From Candidatus Nanohalarchaeota archaeon (GTDB taxonomy: Archaea; Nanohalarchaeota; Nanosalinia; Nanosalinales; JAFCCC01), in the NCBI GenBank assembly GCA_017610385.1, contig JAFCCC010000002.1, forward strand, positions 1 to 64,000: a stretch of DNA of 64,000 nucleotides, given 5' to 3'. Of this stretch, positions 18,322 through 26,662 are shown one piece after another (within the stretch, counting starts at the first letter, position 1; each line of letters opens with the position of its first letter). Under the pieces are notes generated by a model. The model was not told the DNA's origin. It did not search any database and saw nothing but the letters and a program-made list of their open reading frames with translations. The position numbers were made by a program, and so were the translations under genes.

Positions 18322-18896
18322 ATGAAAAAATATTTGATTGTTTCATTAACCATAATTGTAATTTCATTTATTCTTACAAGCGTATTTTATGCCCAGACAC
18401 CCAAAAAAGTAGCATCACATTGGAATAAGAACGGAGAAGTAAATTTATTTTAATTCCAAAAATAGATCCAATTAAAGGAAACATAAAGAAATTTGATAAA
18501 TATTACCAAGGAATGATTATTGCAATGATGCTCTTTTTCTTTTATATGCATTTATTGGTTGTTTTATGGAACGTTGGTGTTGCCTTTAATATGACCCTAA
18601 TGTTTTTGCCAGCGATCGGTTTTTTGTTTTATTATTTGGGCGTAGTTATTGAAAATTCAAAAAGAAATTGGTTTATTGGAATTAGAACGCCGTGGACTCT
18701 TAGTAGCGATTTAGTTTGGAATAAGACACATAAATTAGGTGGATTCTTATTTAAATTAATTGGGATTTTAGCTCTTTTTGCTGCATTTTTTCCGAATTAT
18801 GCACTATATTTTATTTTAATTCCAGTTCTTTTAGTAATTACAATTACCGTGGTTTATTCTTACTTTGAATTTAATAAAAATAAAATGCGTGAGTAA
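18322..18896 (+). pseudogene. DUF1648/SdpI family membrane protein, broken by internal deletion/frameshift
   Basis: ATG 18322 gives MKKYLIVSL...VASHWNKNGEVNLF*; other frame resumes LIPKIDP...NWFIGIRTPWTLSSDLVWNKTH; the TM normally between them is missing. Confidence 0.8.
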
Positions 18897-18948
18897 AGAA
18901 CAGATAAGTGATCAGACAAAACAGAATTACTTTCATTACATAGAACAA

Positions 18949-19323
18949 TTACTTGGATGACCATAACCCATGAAGATTACAGTAAATTCTAGCCCATTGT
19001 ACATTTTTTAAAGTAAATGTGGCTTCAGGTGGTTTACCTGGTTCAAGGAATTTCTTGCAAGAAGTTTGGTCATTTCCCACCTCAATCCATTCAATAAAAT
19101 GCGCATTTTCCATAGGATGTTCAATAGAACCGACTTTGATTAAAACGCCTTTTTCTGTTTTTTCCATTATTGGAACATGGTTTTCTAATCCTTGATCATT
19201 CTTTTTTTCTTCTTGAAGTTGCATTGCCTCTCCACAACAAACTAACTGACCGTTTCCTCTATGAACTACTTCAATAATATTTCCACAGACATTACATTTA
19301 TAGAGTTGTTTTAGATCGGTCAT
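18949..19323 (-). CDS. dfx: desulfoferrodoxin (superoxide reductase)
   Basis: YKCNVCGNI, LVCCG, HVP, HPM...HFIEWIE, YCNLHGLW. Confidence 0.97.
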   Translation of the reverse strand: MTDLKQLYKCNVCGNIIEVVHRGNGQLVCCGEAMQLQEEKKNDQGLENHVPIMEKTEKGVLIKVGSIEHPMENAHFIEWIEVGNDQTSCKKFLEPGKPPEATFTLKNVQWARIYCNLHGLWSSK

Positions 19324-19355
19324 AGTCTACCTCAATACTTTGCTAATAGTTCCTT

Positions 19356-19934
19356 TCAATATTTTTCGCATAAAACTTCAAAATAGGTTTTTGGATGACC
19401 ACAGGATGGACATTCTTCTGGGGGCATAGTTCCTTCGTGTATATAACCACATTTTCTACAAACCCAATAAACTTTCTCTGATTTTTTCCAAACAGTTTTT
19501 TCTTGAATTTCTTTCAGAAACTTTTTGTACCTGTTTTCGTGGTGTTCTTCTGCTTTAGCAATAGCCATTAATCTTCCGGCAATTAGGAATAACCCCTCTT
19601 CTTCGGCTTTTTTAGCGAATTTAGGATACATAATTGTATGTTCGTAATTTTCTCCAGCGATTGCTGCTTGCAAGTTTTCTTCTGACGTTCCTAAAACAGT
19701 TGGAACTTCTCCTTCTACAATCAACGGAATTAACTTCTTTTCTTTTACATTTAGTTCATTAATCATTCTTAAGAGCCATTTCGCATGTTCTTTTTCGTTT
19801 TCCGCAGTTATTAAAAATAATTCAGAAAGTTGTTCATACCCTTCTTTTTTAGCGATTTTCGAATAGAATGTGTATCGATTTCTTGCCTGGCTTTCGCCTA
19901 TAAATGCCTTAGATAGATTTTTTATTGTTTCCAT
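19356..19934 (-). CDS. rbr: rubrerythrin
   Basis: AFIGESQARNRY, ENEKEHA, GENYE, AEEHHE, WVCRKCGY, CPSCGHP. Confidence 0.97.
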   Translation of the reverse strand: METIKNLSKAFIGESQARNRYTFYSKIAKKEGYEQLSELFLITAENEKEHAKWLLRMINELNVKEKKLIPLIVEGEVPTVLGTSEENLQAAIAGENYEHTIMYPKFAKKAEEEGLFLIAGRLMAIAKAEEHHENRYKKFLKEIQEKTVWKKSEKVYWVCRKCGYIHEGTMPPEECPSCGHPKTYFEVLCEKY

Positions 19935-20095
19935 AAATATCCCCCCTCGTAAATTATTATTAATAAATTAACTTTATAAAGACTTGAAAAGGAGAGGTAT
20001 AGAGAATTAATAGTCAGAATCTGGCAGGTATATGGTATGAAAATTCATTCTATATTTGAATACCTTTTTAAACTTTTACTTTCAAGGTAAAGAAT

Positions 20096-20623
20096 ATGTC
20101 TATGTATAAACAGATTAAGCAAACTTGGCAAAACAAAGAAAATAAAGAATTAATTAGAGATAGAAAAATTGAATGGAGAAAAGCTCTTTCTTTTGTTAAA
20201 ATAACCAGACCTACCCGGTTAGATAAAGCAAGGGCCTTAGGTTATAAGGCGAAGGAGGGTTTTATTATTGTACGAGCCCGAGTTAAAAAAGGAGGAAGAA
20301 AGAGACCAAAAATAACTTCTGGTAGGAGACCACGAAGATATGGTCGAGTAAAATATACTACGCATAAATCTTTGAGATGGATTGCCGAAGAAAGAACAGC
20401 CCGAAAATATCCTAATTTAGAAGTTTTGAATTCTTATTGGGTTACTGAAGATGGGCAACACAAATGGTATGAAGTAATTTTAGTTGATCCATATAATCCA
20501 AATATAACTAAAGATCAAGATATTAATTGGATTTGTGAAAGACAGCATAAAAATCGAGTTTATAGAGGACTGACTTCTGCAGGTAAAAAATCCAGAGGAT
20601 TAAGAAAGAGTACTAAAGGATAA
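20096..20623 (+). CDS. rpl15e: 50S ribosomal protein L15e
   Basis: [52 protein letters not shown]. Confidence 0.98.
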   Translation: MSMYKQIKQTWQNKENKELIRDRKIEWRKALSFVKITRPTRLDKARALGYKAKEGFIIVRARVKKGGRKRPKITSGRRPRRYGRVKYTTHKSLRWIAEERTARKYPNLEVLNSYWVTEDGQHKWYEVILVDPYNPNITKDQDINWICERQHKNRVYRGLTSAGKKSRGLRKSTKG

Positions 20624-20675
20624 TTCTGCGATAAATTTATATATAACTAATTATATGTACACTATAGTGAATTAT

Positions 20676-20903
20676 ATGTCCGATGTAACAACAATTCAAG
20701 TAAATAAAAAACTAGTAAAATCATTAAAAGATTTGAAAGAATATCCTCGAGAAACTTATGAGGAAATACTTGAAAAGATGATTAAAACTTACAAGAGAGT
20801 AAAACAAAGAAATCAATATGATAAATTCTTACATAAAATACAACAGGCAAAAATGAAAGAATTGTGGGAGAATAAAGAAGATGATGTTTGGGAAAACGTA
20901 TAA
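20676..20903 (+). CDS. antitoxin (ribbon-helix-helix-like)
   Basis: TTIQV...LK.LK.YPRETYEEIL pattern; C-terminal ELWENKEDDVWENV; overlaps toxin start. Confidence 0.8.
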   Translation: MSDVTTIQVNKKLVKSLKDLKEYPRETYEEILEKMIKTYKRVKQRNQYDKFLHKIQQAKMKELWENKEDDVWENV

Positions 20904-21210
20904 TTCTGGAGAGGTTGTTCTTGCGCAAGTTCAGTTTACAGACACCTTTGAAGTGAAAAAAAGACCCTGTGTTGTTCTTTTTGAAGACATGGAAAATGTT
21001 GTTGTGGCCGGAGTTACAAGCAATCTTAAAATGAAAGGAATTCCTTTAACAGTTAAAGAAGGAGCAGTAAAAGAAAGTGTAATAAAATTAAACCATCTCT
21101 TTACGATTTCCCATGCAATGGTAAAGAAAGTTTTATTTATCTTGAGCAAAGAAAAGAAAAAACAAATTTATAACGAACTTTCAAATTCTTTGGTAGATTT
21201 AAAAAGTTAA
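20881..21210 (+). CDS. PemK/MazF family toxin
   Basis: GEVVLAQVQFTD...KKRPCVVL, VVAGVTSN, SVIKLNHLFTI. Confidence 0.9.
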   Translation: MMFGKTYNSGEVVLAQVQFTDTFEVKKRPCVVLFEDMENVVVAGVTSNLKMKGIPLTVKEGAVKESVIKLNHLFTISHAMVKKVLFILSKEKKKQIYNELSNSLVDLKS

Positions 21211-21314
21211 GAAAAAGTGCTAAAGGGTACTTCTTATTTTGTTGGTGATTCACATGAATTCTAGAAGAAGTATAATCTAAAGTAATTTATATTTTCTGCT
21301 ATATAGTTTAACTT

Positions 21315-22055
21315 ATGGAAGGCCCATTTTTTGATTTGGATATTCAGAGTGATCAATCCTCTGGAAAGAACTCTATTAAAGAATTGATTAATATGGCTCA
21401 GAGATTAAAGTGGGACGCTATAGCTATTTCTGATTTTGTGTTAAATAAAGAGGATTTAATTCGTATTAAATCGGAAATTAGAAAAATTGATTCGAATATT
21501 GATGTTTTTTTGGGTGCTAAAATTAAAGCAGAAAATGTCAAAGATCTTGAAAAAAGAGTAAAAAATCTTAGAGAATATGCAGATATAATTATTGTTCATG
21601 GCGGAGAATTAGAAATTAATAGGCGTGCGTGCGAAATGCCTGAGGTAGATATCTTAGCACATCCCGAATTAAATCGGAAAGATTCTGGTTTAGATCATGT
21701 TATGGCTAGATTAGCTCATACAAATCATGTTGCTATTGAAATAAACTTTGAAAATATTTTAAGTACACATAGACGAATGAGATCTCAGGTATTAGCAAAG
21801 TATAATCGAAACATTTTATTATGTCAAAAGATGGGTGCTTCAATCATTTGTTGCAGTGGTGCTGAATCTATTTATGATATGCGTAGTCCGAGAGAGTATA
21901 TTTCTTTTCTTCAGACGCAAGGGATGAGCATAGATCGGGCTATTGAGACTATTTCTAAGGTTCCGGAATCAATTATTAGAAGAGCCTATGAAGTTCGGAG
22001 TGAAAGTTTTATTAGACCTGGTCTAAAACGTGTTGATAGTGGTGAATCACAATGA
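21315..22055 (+). CDS. rnp3: ribonuclease P protein subunit Rpp30
   Basis: PHP-like fold; VHGGELEINRRACE, DILAHPE, LDHVMARLA, AIEINF, DMRSPRE. Confidence 0.95.
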   Translation: MEGPFFDLDIQSDQSSGKNSIKELINMAQRLKWDAIAISDFVLNKEDLIRIKSEIRKIDSNIDVFLGAKIKAENVKDLEKRVKNLREYADIIIVHGGELEINRRACEMPEVDILAHPELNRKDSGLDHVMARLAHTNHVAIEINFENILSTHRRMRSQVLAKYNRNILLCQKMGASIICCSGAESIYDMRSPREYISFLQTQGMSIDRAIETISKVPESIIRRAYEVRSESFIRPGLKRVDSGESQ

Positions 22056-22411
22056 AATTAAATCCAATACCGCCCACTATGCGAGAAAGAAAAAGATATA
22101 TTATTTTTGATGTGATTTCTGAAAAACCAAAAAAAATTCACGAGGTTAATATTGCAATCTGGAACTCTATTTTAGGTTTTTTAGGTGAAAGTGAAGCTTC
22201 TAGAGCAAGGATTTGGTTGATTAGCTCTATTTTTAATGAGAAAAAACAACGGGCCGCAGTTAAGGTTAGTCATGATCATGTTGAGAACGTTCGGGCAGCT
22301 ATTTCTTTAGTCAGAGAAATCAATGGAGAGAGAGTTACTCTTGCAGTTATTGGTTTGGCTGGAACAATGTTGGGTGCCCAGAAAAAATATTTTGATCCAG
22401 AGGATTATTAA
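22052..22411 (+). CDS. rnp2: ribonuclease P protein subunit Pop5
   Basis: PPTMRERKRYIIF, LGFLGE, GLAGTM; position between rnp3 and psmA. Confidence 0.95.
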   Translation: MKLNPIPPTMRERKRYIIFDVISEKPKKIHEVNIAIWNSILGFLGESEASRARIWLISSIFNEKKQRAAVKVSHDHVENVRAAISLVREINGERVTLAVIGLAGTMLGAQKKYFDPEDY

Positions 22412-22562
22412 AGTAATTTTGTAATTTAAGTACTTTTCAAAATAAAAGCAGAACATTATAATCAAAAAATTCATAGTAAATGAATGAATTTTAGAATAAA
22501 AGAACTAGAATAGAAAAAGTATTAATATGCTTTGTTACAAGTAAATTATAGTGTGATATTTT

Positions 22563-23267
22563 ATGGCATTTGAACCAGTACAAGAAAGATATGATAGAGC
22601 AAAAACGATTTTCTCTCCTGATGGGAGATTATATCAGGTAGAATATGCTAGAGCAGCTGTTCATATGGGCGCAACGGCATTAGGCGTTGTATTCAAGAAC
22701 GGCGTTATTTTAGCGGCTAAAAAAACAATTGCTAAGTTACAAGTGGATAATGCAGAAAAAGTTTTCAAAATTGATGATCACGTTGGTGTTGTAACGTCAG
22801 GATTAATTGCTGATGCAAGAGTTTTAGTTGATGCTGCTAGACAAGAAGCTCAGAGAAATGCAGTCGTTTATGACGAAGTTATACATACGTATTCTTTGGC
22901 TAAATTTATAGCTGATAGAAAACAAGCGTATACGCAATACGGCGGAGTAAGACCGTATGGTTCTGCAATGCTTATTGGTGGAGTGACTGATACGGGTAAA
23001 CTGTTCCAAACAGATCCATCTGGAATATTGAAGGAATGGCAGGCTATTGCAATTGGGCGTGGTGCAGAACAAGCCAATGGCTTTTTTGAAAAAAAGTTTG
23101 AAGGCGAATTAGATGAACGAGGGGCAATGCAATTGGCTATAGACGCACTTTCAAAGGCAGAAGAAGGTTTAACTTCTAAAGATATTGAAATGGCTGTTAT
23201 TTTGCCAAATAACAAATTCAAATTTGTTACTTCAACAGACTTTAAGAAATTAGGACTTAAGATTTAA
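22563..23267 (+). CDS. psmA: proteasome subunit alpha
   Basis: YDRAKTIFSPDGRLYQVEYA, SGLIADARVL, YTQYGGVRPYG, TDPSG. Confidence 0.98.
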   Translation: MAFEPVQERYDRAKTIFSPDGRLYQVEYARAAVHMGATALGVVFKNGVILAAKKTIAKLQVDNAEKVFKIDDHVGVVTSGLIADARVLVDAARQEAQRNAVVYDEVIHTYSLAKFIADRKQAYTQYGGVRPYGSAMLIGGVTDTGKLFQTDPSGILKEWQAIAIGRGAEQANGFFEKKFEGELDERGAMQLAIDALSKAEEGLTSKDIEMAVILPNNKFKFVTSTDFKKLGLKI

Positions 23268-23366
23268 TTATTTATGAGATTATAACTCAAAGGGTAATTA
23301 CTTCTACTCAGGAATTAATTATTTGTAATCTTTAATTATTTATAATTCCTTTACCATATTTACTTT

Positions 23367-24062
23367 ATGAGTGTGGAAGACTCAATTAAAATTAGTTATT
23401 CTAAGGAGGGTCATATTTTTGAGATTCTAGTGAAACCAACCGAAGCATTACAATTCAAAGAAAAGAAAATAACTGATTTTTCCAAAGTTTTATTTGTTCA
23501 GGAAATTTTTAGAAGCGTTTCTTCTGCTGAGAAAGCTGCGGAGCATGATTTGCAAAAATTATATAAAAAAATGAATGTTGTTGAGATTGCAGAAGATATT
23601 TTTAAACACGGCAAAATGGAGCTTACAACAGAACAAAGGAGACATTTAGTTGAAGAAAAAAGGAAACAGATTGTCTATTTAATTGCGAGGAGAGCTAAAG
23701 ATCCTAGAACAAATGCCCCGCATCCTCCACAAAGAATTGAAACGGCAATGAATGAAGTTCGTTTGAATATAGATCCTTTGAAACCAGCAGAAGAACAACT
23801 TAAAGGCGTTATTGATAAATTAAAAGTCAAAATTCCATTAAGTTTTGAAAACAAATCCCTTCTAATTAAAATTCCAAACACACATGCTGGGAAATGTTAT
23901 GATCTACTTCGGCATCTTGCAGAAGTTAAACAAGAACAATGGACCAGTTCTTTTCTTTTTATTAAAATCGAATTTCCTGCGGGTTTACAAAATGAAATTT
24001 TGGATAAATTAAATACATTAACTTCTGGAGATATTGAGATTAAAGAAATGAAACGTGTTTAA
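23367..24062 (+). CDS. ribosome assembly factor SBDS
   Basis: FEILV, LTTEQRR, DPRTNAPHPPQRIETAM. Confidence 0.96.
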   Translation: MSVEDSIKISYSKEGHIFEILVKPTEALQFKEKKITDFSKVLFVQEIFRSVSSAEKAAEHDLQKLYKKMNVVEIAEDIFKHGKMELTTEQRRHLVEEKRKQIVYLIARRAKDPRTNAPHPPQRIETAMNEVRLNIDPLKPAEEQLKGVIDKLKVKIPLSFENKSLLIKIPNTHAGKCYDLLRHLAEVKQEQWTSSFLFIKIEFPAGLQNEILDKLNTLTSGDIEIKEMKRV

Positions 24063-24078
24063 ATCCAAAAACGATTTT

Positions 24079-24122
24079 AAGTAAAATATATATAAAACTC
24101 AAGTAAAATATATATAAAACTC
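24079..24122. repeat. perfect 22-bp tandem duplication containing a TATA-like box
   Basis: aagtaaaatatatataaaactc x2, just downstream of the SBDS stop and upstream of ATG 24137. Confidence 0.9.
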
Positions 24123-24136
24123 TTCCATATATTACT

Positions 24137-24748
24137 ATGTTAAATATCTTTCAAATTGTGCGTAATTTCTTAAGACAGATTAGGAAATGCTCTCATGATC
24201 ATCCTCTAATTAGATTTTTGATTGTATTTTCTCTTTTTATAACGTATCTTTGTATTACGAGTTTATCGCATGGGTTCGGTAATGGTATTTTAATATCTCT
24301 TCTAACTTGGTCTTTTTTCGTTTTTTGTACGCCAATTGCAGATGCAGGATTCTTAGTTGATTTTCCAGTAAGAACACTTACGAGAATTAAAATGATTTAT
24401 TCGGAAATGATGGTGTGGTTCATTGCGATGAGTATTAATCTTTTTGTGTATATTTCAAATCCCGCAATATATGAAAAAACAATAATTTTGAATTTATTCA
24501 AACACATTTTATCTCATCCATATCCATATTGGATTATAATATTGTTATCTGCTGCAGGCACATTTTTGTCGGTTTATTTTGGTGATGAGATTCTAGATAC
24601 AATTGCTTCTGGAAATAAAGAAAGAAAATATCATAAAAAACACATCAAAAAATACAAATTAATTCTCTTTTTATTTATTATCGTTTTAGTAATCTGTATT
24701 TATTATTACCTACTGAATCAACTGCATATTAAAATTCCCTTACTTTAA
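24137..24748 (+). CDS. multi-pass membrane hypothetical protein
   Basis: About 5 TM; conserved-looking TWSFFVFCTPIADAGFLVDFP and GTFLSVYFGDE. Confidence 0.8.
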   Translation: MLNIFQIVRNFLRQIRKCSHDHPLIRFLIVFSLFITYLCITSLSHGFGNGILISLLTWSFFVFCTPIADAGFLVDFPVRTLTRIKMIYSEMMVWFIAMSINLFVYISNPAIYEKTIILNLFKHILSHPYPYWIIILLSAAGTFLSVYFGDEILDTIASGNKERKYHKKHIKKYKLILFLFIIVLVICIYYYLLNQLHIKIPLL

Positions 24749-24849
24749 GACGCGGATCAGATTTTATAAAGAAATAAAATTTGGAATGCATTGAAATCTT
24801 AAAGAAGAATAATAATAATTTTATATGTTCAGCTAGTTAAATTGTTGAT

Positions 24850-25287
24850 ATGCAATACCAACACACCCAAACAGGATATTTGATAATATCCGCTGTTCTT
24901 ATTATGATTTTTTATTTCTGGTTTATTGTAAATCAAATTGGATTTAATATTTTTGCTTCATTTTTGATTATTATTCTATTGTTACTTCTTGCTTCGTTTT
25001 CATCGCTTAAGGTGACAATTGATGATAAGCAGATTAGAATTAAATTCGGTTACGGCATCTTTCGAAAGAGTTTTAGACTTAAAGAAATAGCTTCAGTAAA
25101 AACAGTAAAAAATCATTGGTATTATGGGTGGGGAATAAGATTTTGGCCAGGTTCTCGTATGTGGATTTACAATGTTTCTGGTTTTGACGCAGTTGAATTA
25201 ACCTTTAAAAATAACAGAATATGCCGTATAGGTACGGATGAACCTATGAAATTAGAAGCAGCACTTTTACAACTGATTGACAAATAA
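24850..25287 (+). CDS. 2-TM protein with bacterial PH-like domain
   Basis: Two TMs then L.V.ID...I.I.FG.G, YGWGIR, IGTDEP..L. Confidence 0.8.
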   Translation: MQYQHTQTGYLIISAVLIMIFYFWFIVNQIGFNIFASFLIIILLLLLASFSSLKVTIDDKQIRIKFGYGIFRKSFRLKEIASVKTVKNHWYYGWGIRFWPGSRMWIYNVSGFDAVELTFKNNRICRIGTDEPMKLEAALLQLIDK

Positions 25288-25289
25288 GT

Positions 25290-25943
25290 TTATTTTTTCT
25301 TGAGAACTAAAAATAAATGATCTTTTTCATATGGATCAAGTTCCATTTGCTCAATTATTTCAAATTCTTTTTTTAATTTTTCAGTTTCTTTTTTATAGAT
25401 TTCAGAAACTTTGTCAGTGCTGGAAATACTTTTGGCCTTTAAACTCAATAAAGCAAAAGCTTCTTTTTTTAAAAATGCGTTCGCGTTTCTAATTAATATT
25501 TCAACTTGATCTTTTTGAGCAATATCCTGATAAATTAAATTAATATTTGAAGTTAATAGAGAAATTTCTTTGATTATTCTAGCATTTGCTAAAATTGGAA
25601 TTATATTTTCTCTGTTTTTTGATAAATTATTCAGGTTTTTTATGACTCTTGGAGAAAATTCAACAGCGTAAATTATTCCTTTTGTGCAAATATCAGATAT
25701 ATGAGAAACTGTTGTTCCAGAGGCCGCGCCCAAATACAATATTTTGGAATCAGAATTTATTGGAATTTTTTTGATTCCATTTAAAACAGCAGCAGCTAAT
25801 TTTGATCTTGTAGGTACCCATTCTCGATATTCTTTATTATTTCTTTGGATTAGTTCTTCTCCGTAAACTCTTTTTCCAGCAGTTTTATTTAGTGTAAATA
25901 ACTTGCTTCCTTCCTTAAAAATTCCCGTAAAAATTTCTTTCAT
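25290..25943 (-). CDS. flpA: fibrillarin-like rRNA/tRNA 2'-O-methyltransferase
   Basis: VYGE, YREWVPTRSKLAAA, LYLGAASGTTVSHISD, YQDIAQ, LDPYEKDH. Confidence 0.97.
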   Translation of the reverse strand: MKEIFTGIFKEGSKLFTLNKTAGKRVYGEELIQRNNKEYREWVPTRSKLAAAVLNGIKKIPINSDSKILYLGAASGTTVSHISDICTKGIIYAVEFSPRVIKNLNNLSKNRENIIPILANARIIKEISLLTSNINLIYQDIAQKDQVEILIRNANAFLKKEAFALLSLKAKSISSTDKVSEIYKKETEKLKKEFEIIEQMELDPYEKDHLFLVLKKK

Positions 25944-26002
25944 TTTGCTTTTTAACTAATTAGACAAATAAGTTTTTAAAAATGAACTAATATTTTTAAA
26001 TC

Positions 26003-26653
26003 ATGCCTGGAAATTCAACCAAAATTGAAAATTTAGAATTTCAATGGATTGATCACTCGACTATTAAAATTAAAAGTCCGGAAATCATTTTATATATTGA
26101 TCCGTGGTCAAAAGTCCTAAAAGGAAATGAAGAAAAAGCAGATATAATTCTAATATCTCATAGTCATTTTGATCATTTGGATTTAGAAGCCATTAAAAAC
26201 TTAAGCAAAGAAAATACTCAAATTGTTTGTGATAAACTCTCTTCTCAAAAAATTTTACAAAAAAATGTTAAAGTATTATCTGAAAAAGATAATTACGAAT
26301 TCAAAGGAATTAATATTCTACCTGTACCTTCGTATAATATAACAAAACAATTTCATCCTAGAGGGTTTTCTATTGGATTTGTAATTGAGTTTGAAAATCT
26401 GAGAATCTATTATGCGGGAGATACAGATTTAATTCGGGAAATGACGAGCTTAGGGAAAATTAACGTCGCCATTCTTCCCATTGGTGGAAAATATACTATG
26501 GATCAAAAAGAAGCAGTTGATGCAGTAAAATTAATTAATCCAGAATTTATTATTCCTGTTCACTATAATTTTTTAGATGAAACAAAAGCAAATCCTGAAA
26601 TTTTTAAAAAGGAAATAGAAAAAACCACTAGAACACAGGTTATTTTACTTTAA
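26003..26653 (+). CDS. MBL-fold metallo-hydrolase
   Basis: YIDP, ISHSHFDH, YYAGDT, LPIGGKYTM, IPVHY. Confidence 0.93.
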   Translation: MPGNSTKIENLEFQWIDHSTIKIKSPEIILYIDPWSKVLKGNEEKADIILISHSHFDHLDLEAIKNLSKENTQIVCDKLSSQKILQKNVKVLSEKDNYEFKGINILPVPSYNITKQFHPRGFSIGFVIEFENLRIYYAGDTDLIREMTSLGKINVAILPIGGKYTMDQKEAVDAVKLINPEFIIPVHYNFLDETKANPEIFKKEIEKTTRTQVILL

Positions 26654-26662
26654 CTTCACAAG

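Larger units (their letters stand above)
20600..21226. repeat. direct repeats (18/20) flanking the MazF-type TA pair
   Basis: ttaagaaagagtactaaagg (20600-20619, rpl15e 3' end) vs ttaagaaaaagtgctaaagg (21207-21226, at the toxin stop). Confidence 0.75.

Noticed and set aside
597-18915. Shared 12-mer ATAAGTGATCAG at 597 and 18904, both between convergent genes
   Set aside because: A single 12-bp match is expected by chance in 64 kb of AT-rich DNA; no third copy noticed
23260-23345. TTAATTATTT repeated three times between psmA and sbds
   Set aside because: Pure A/T motif in a very AT-rich spacer; not distinguishable from background
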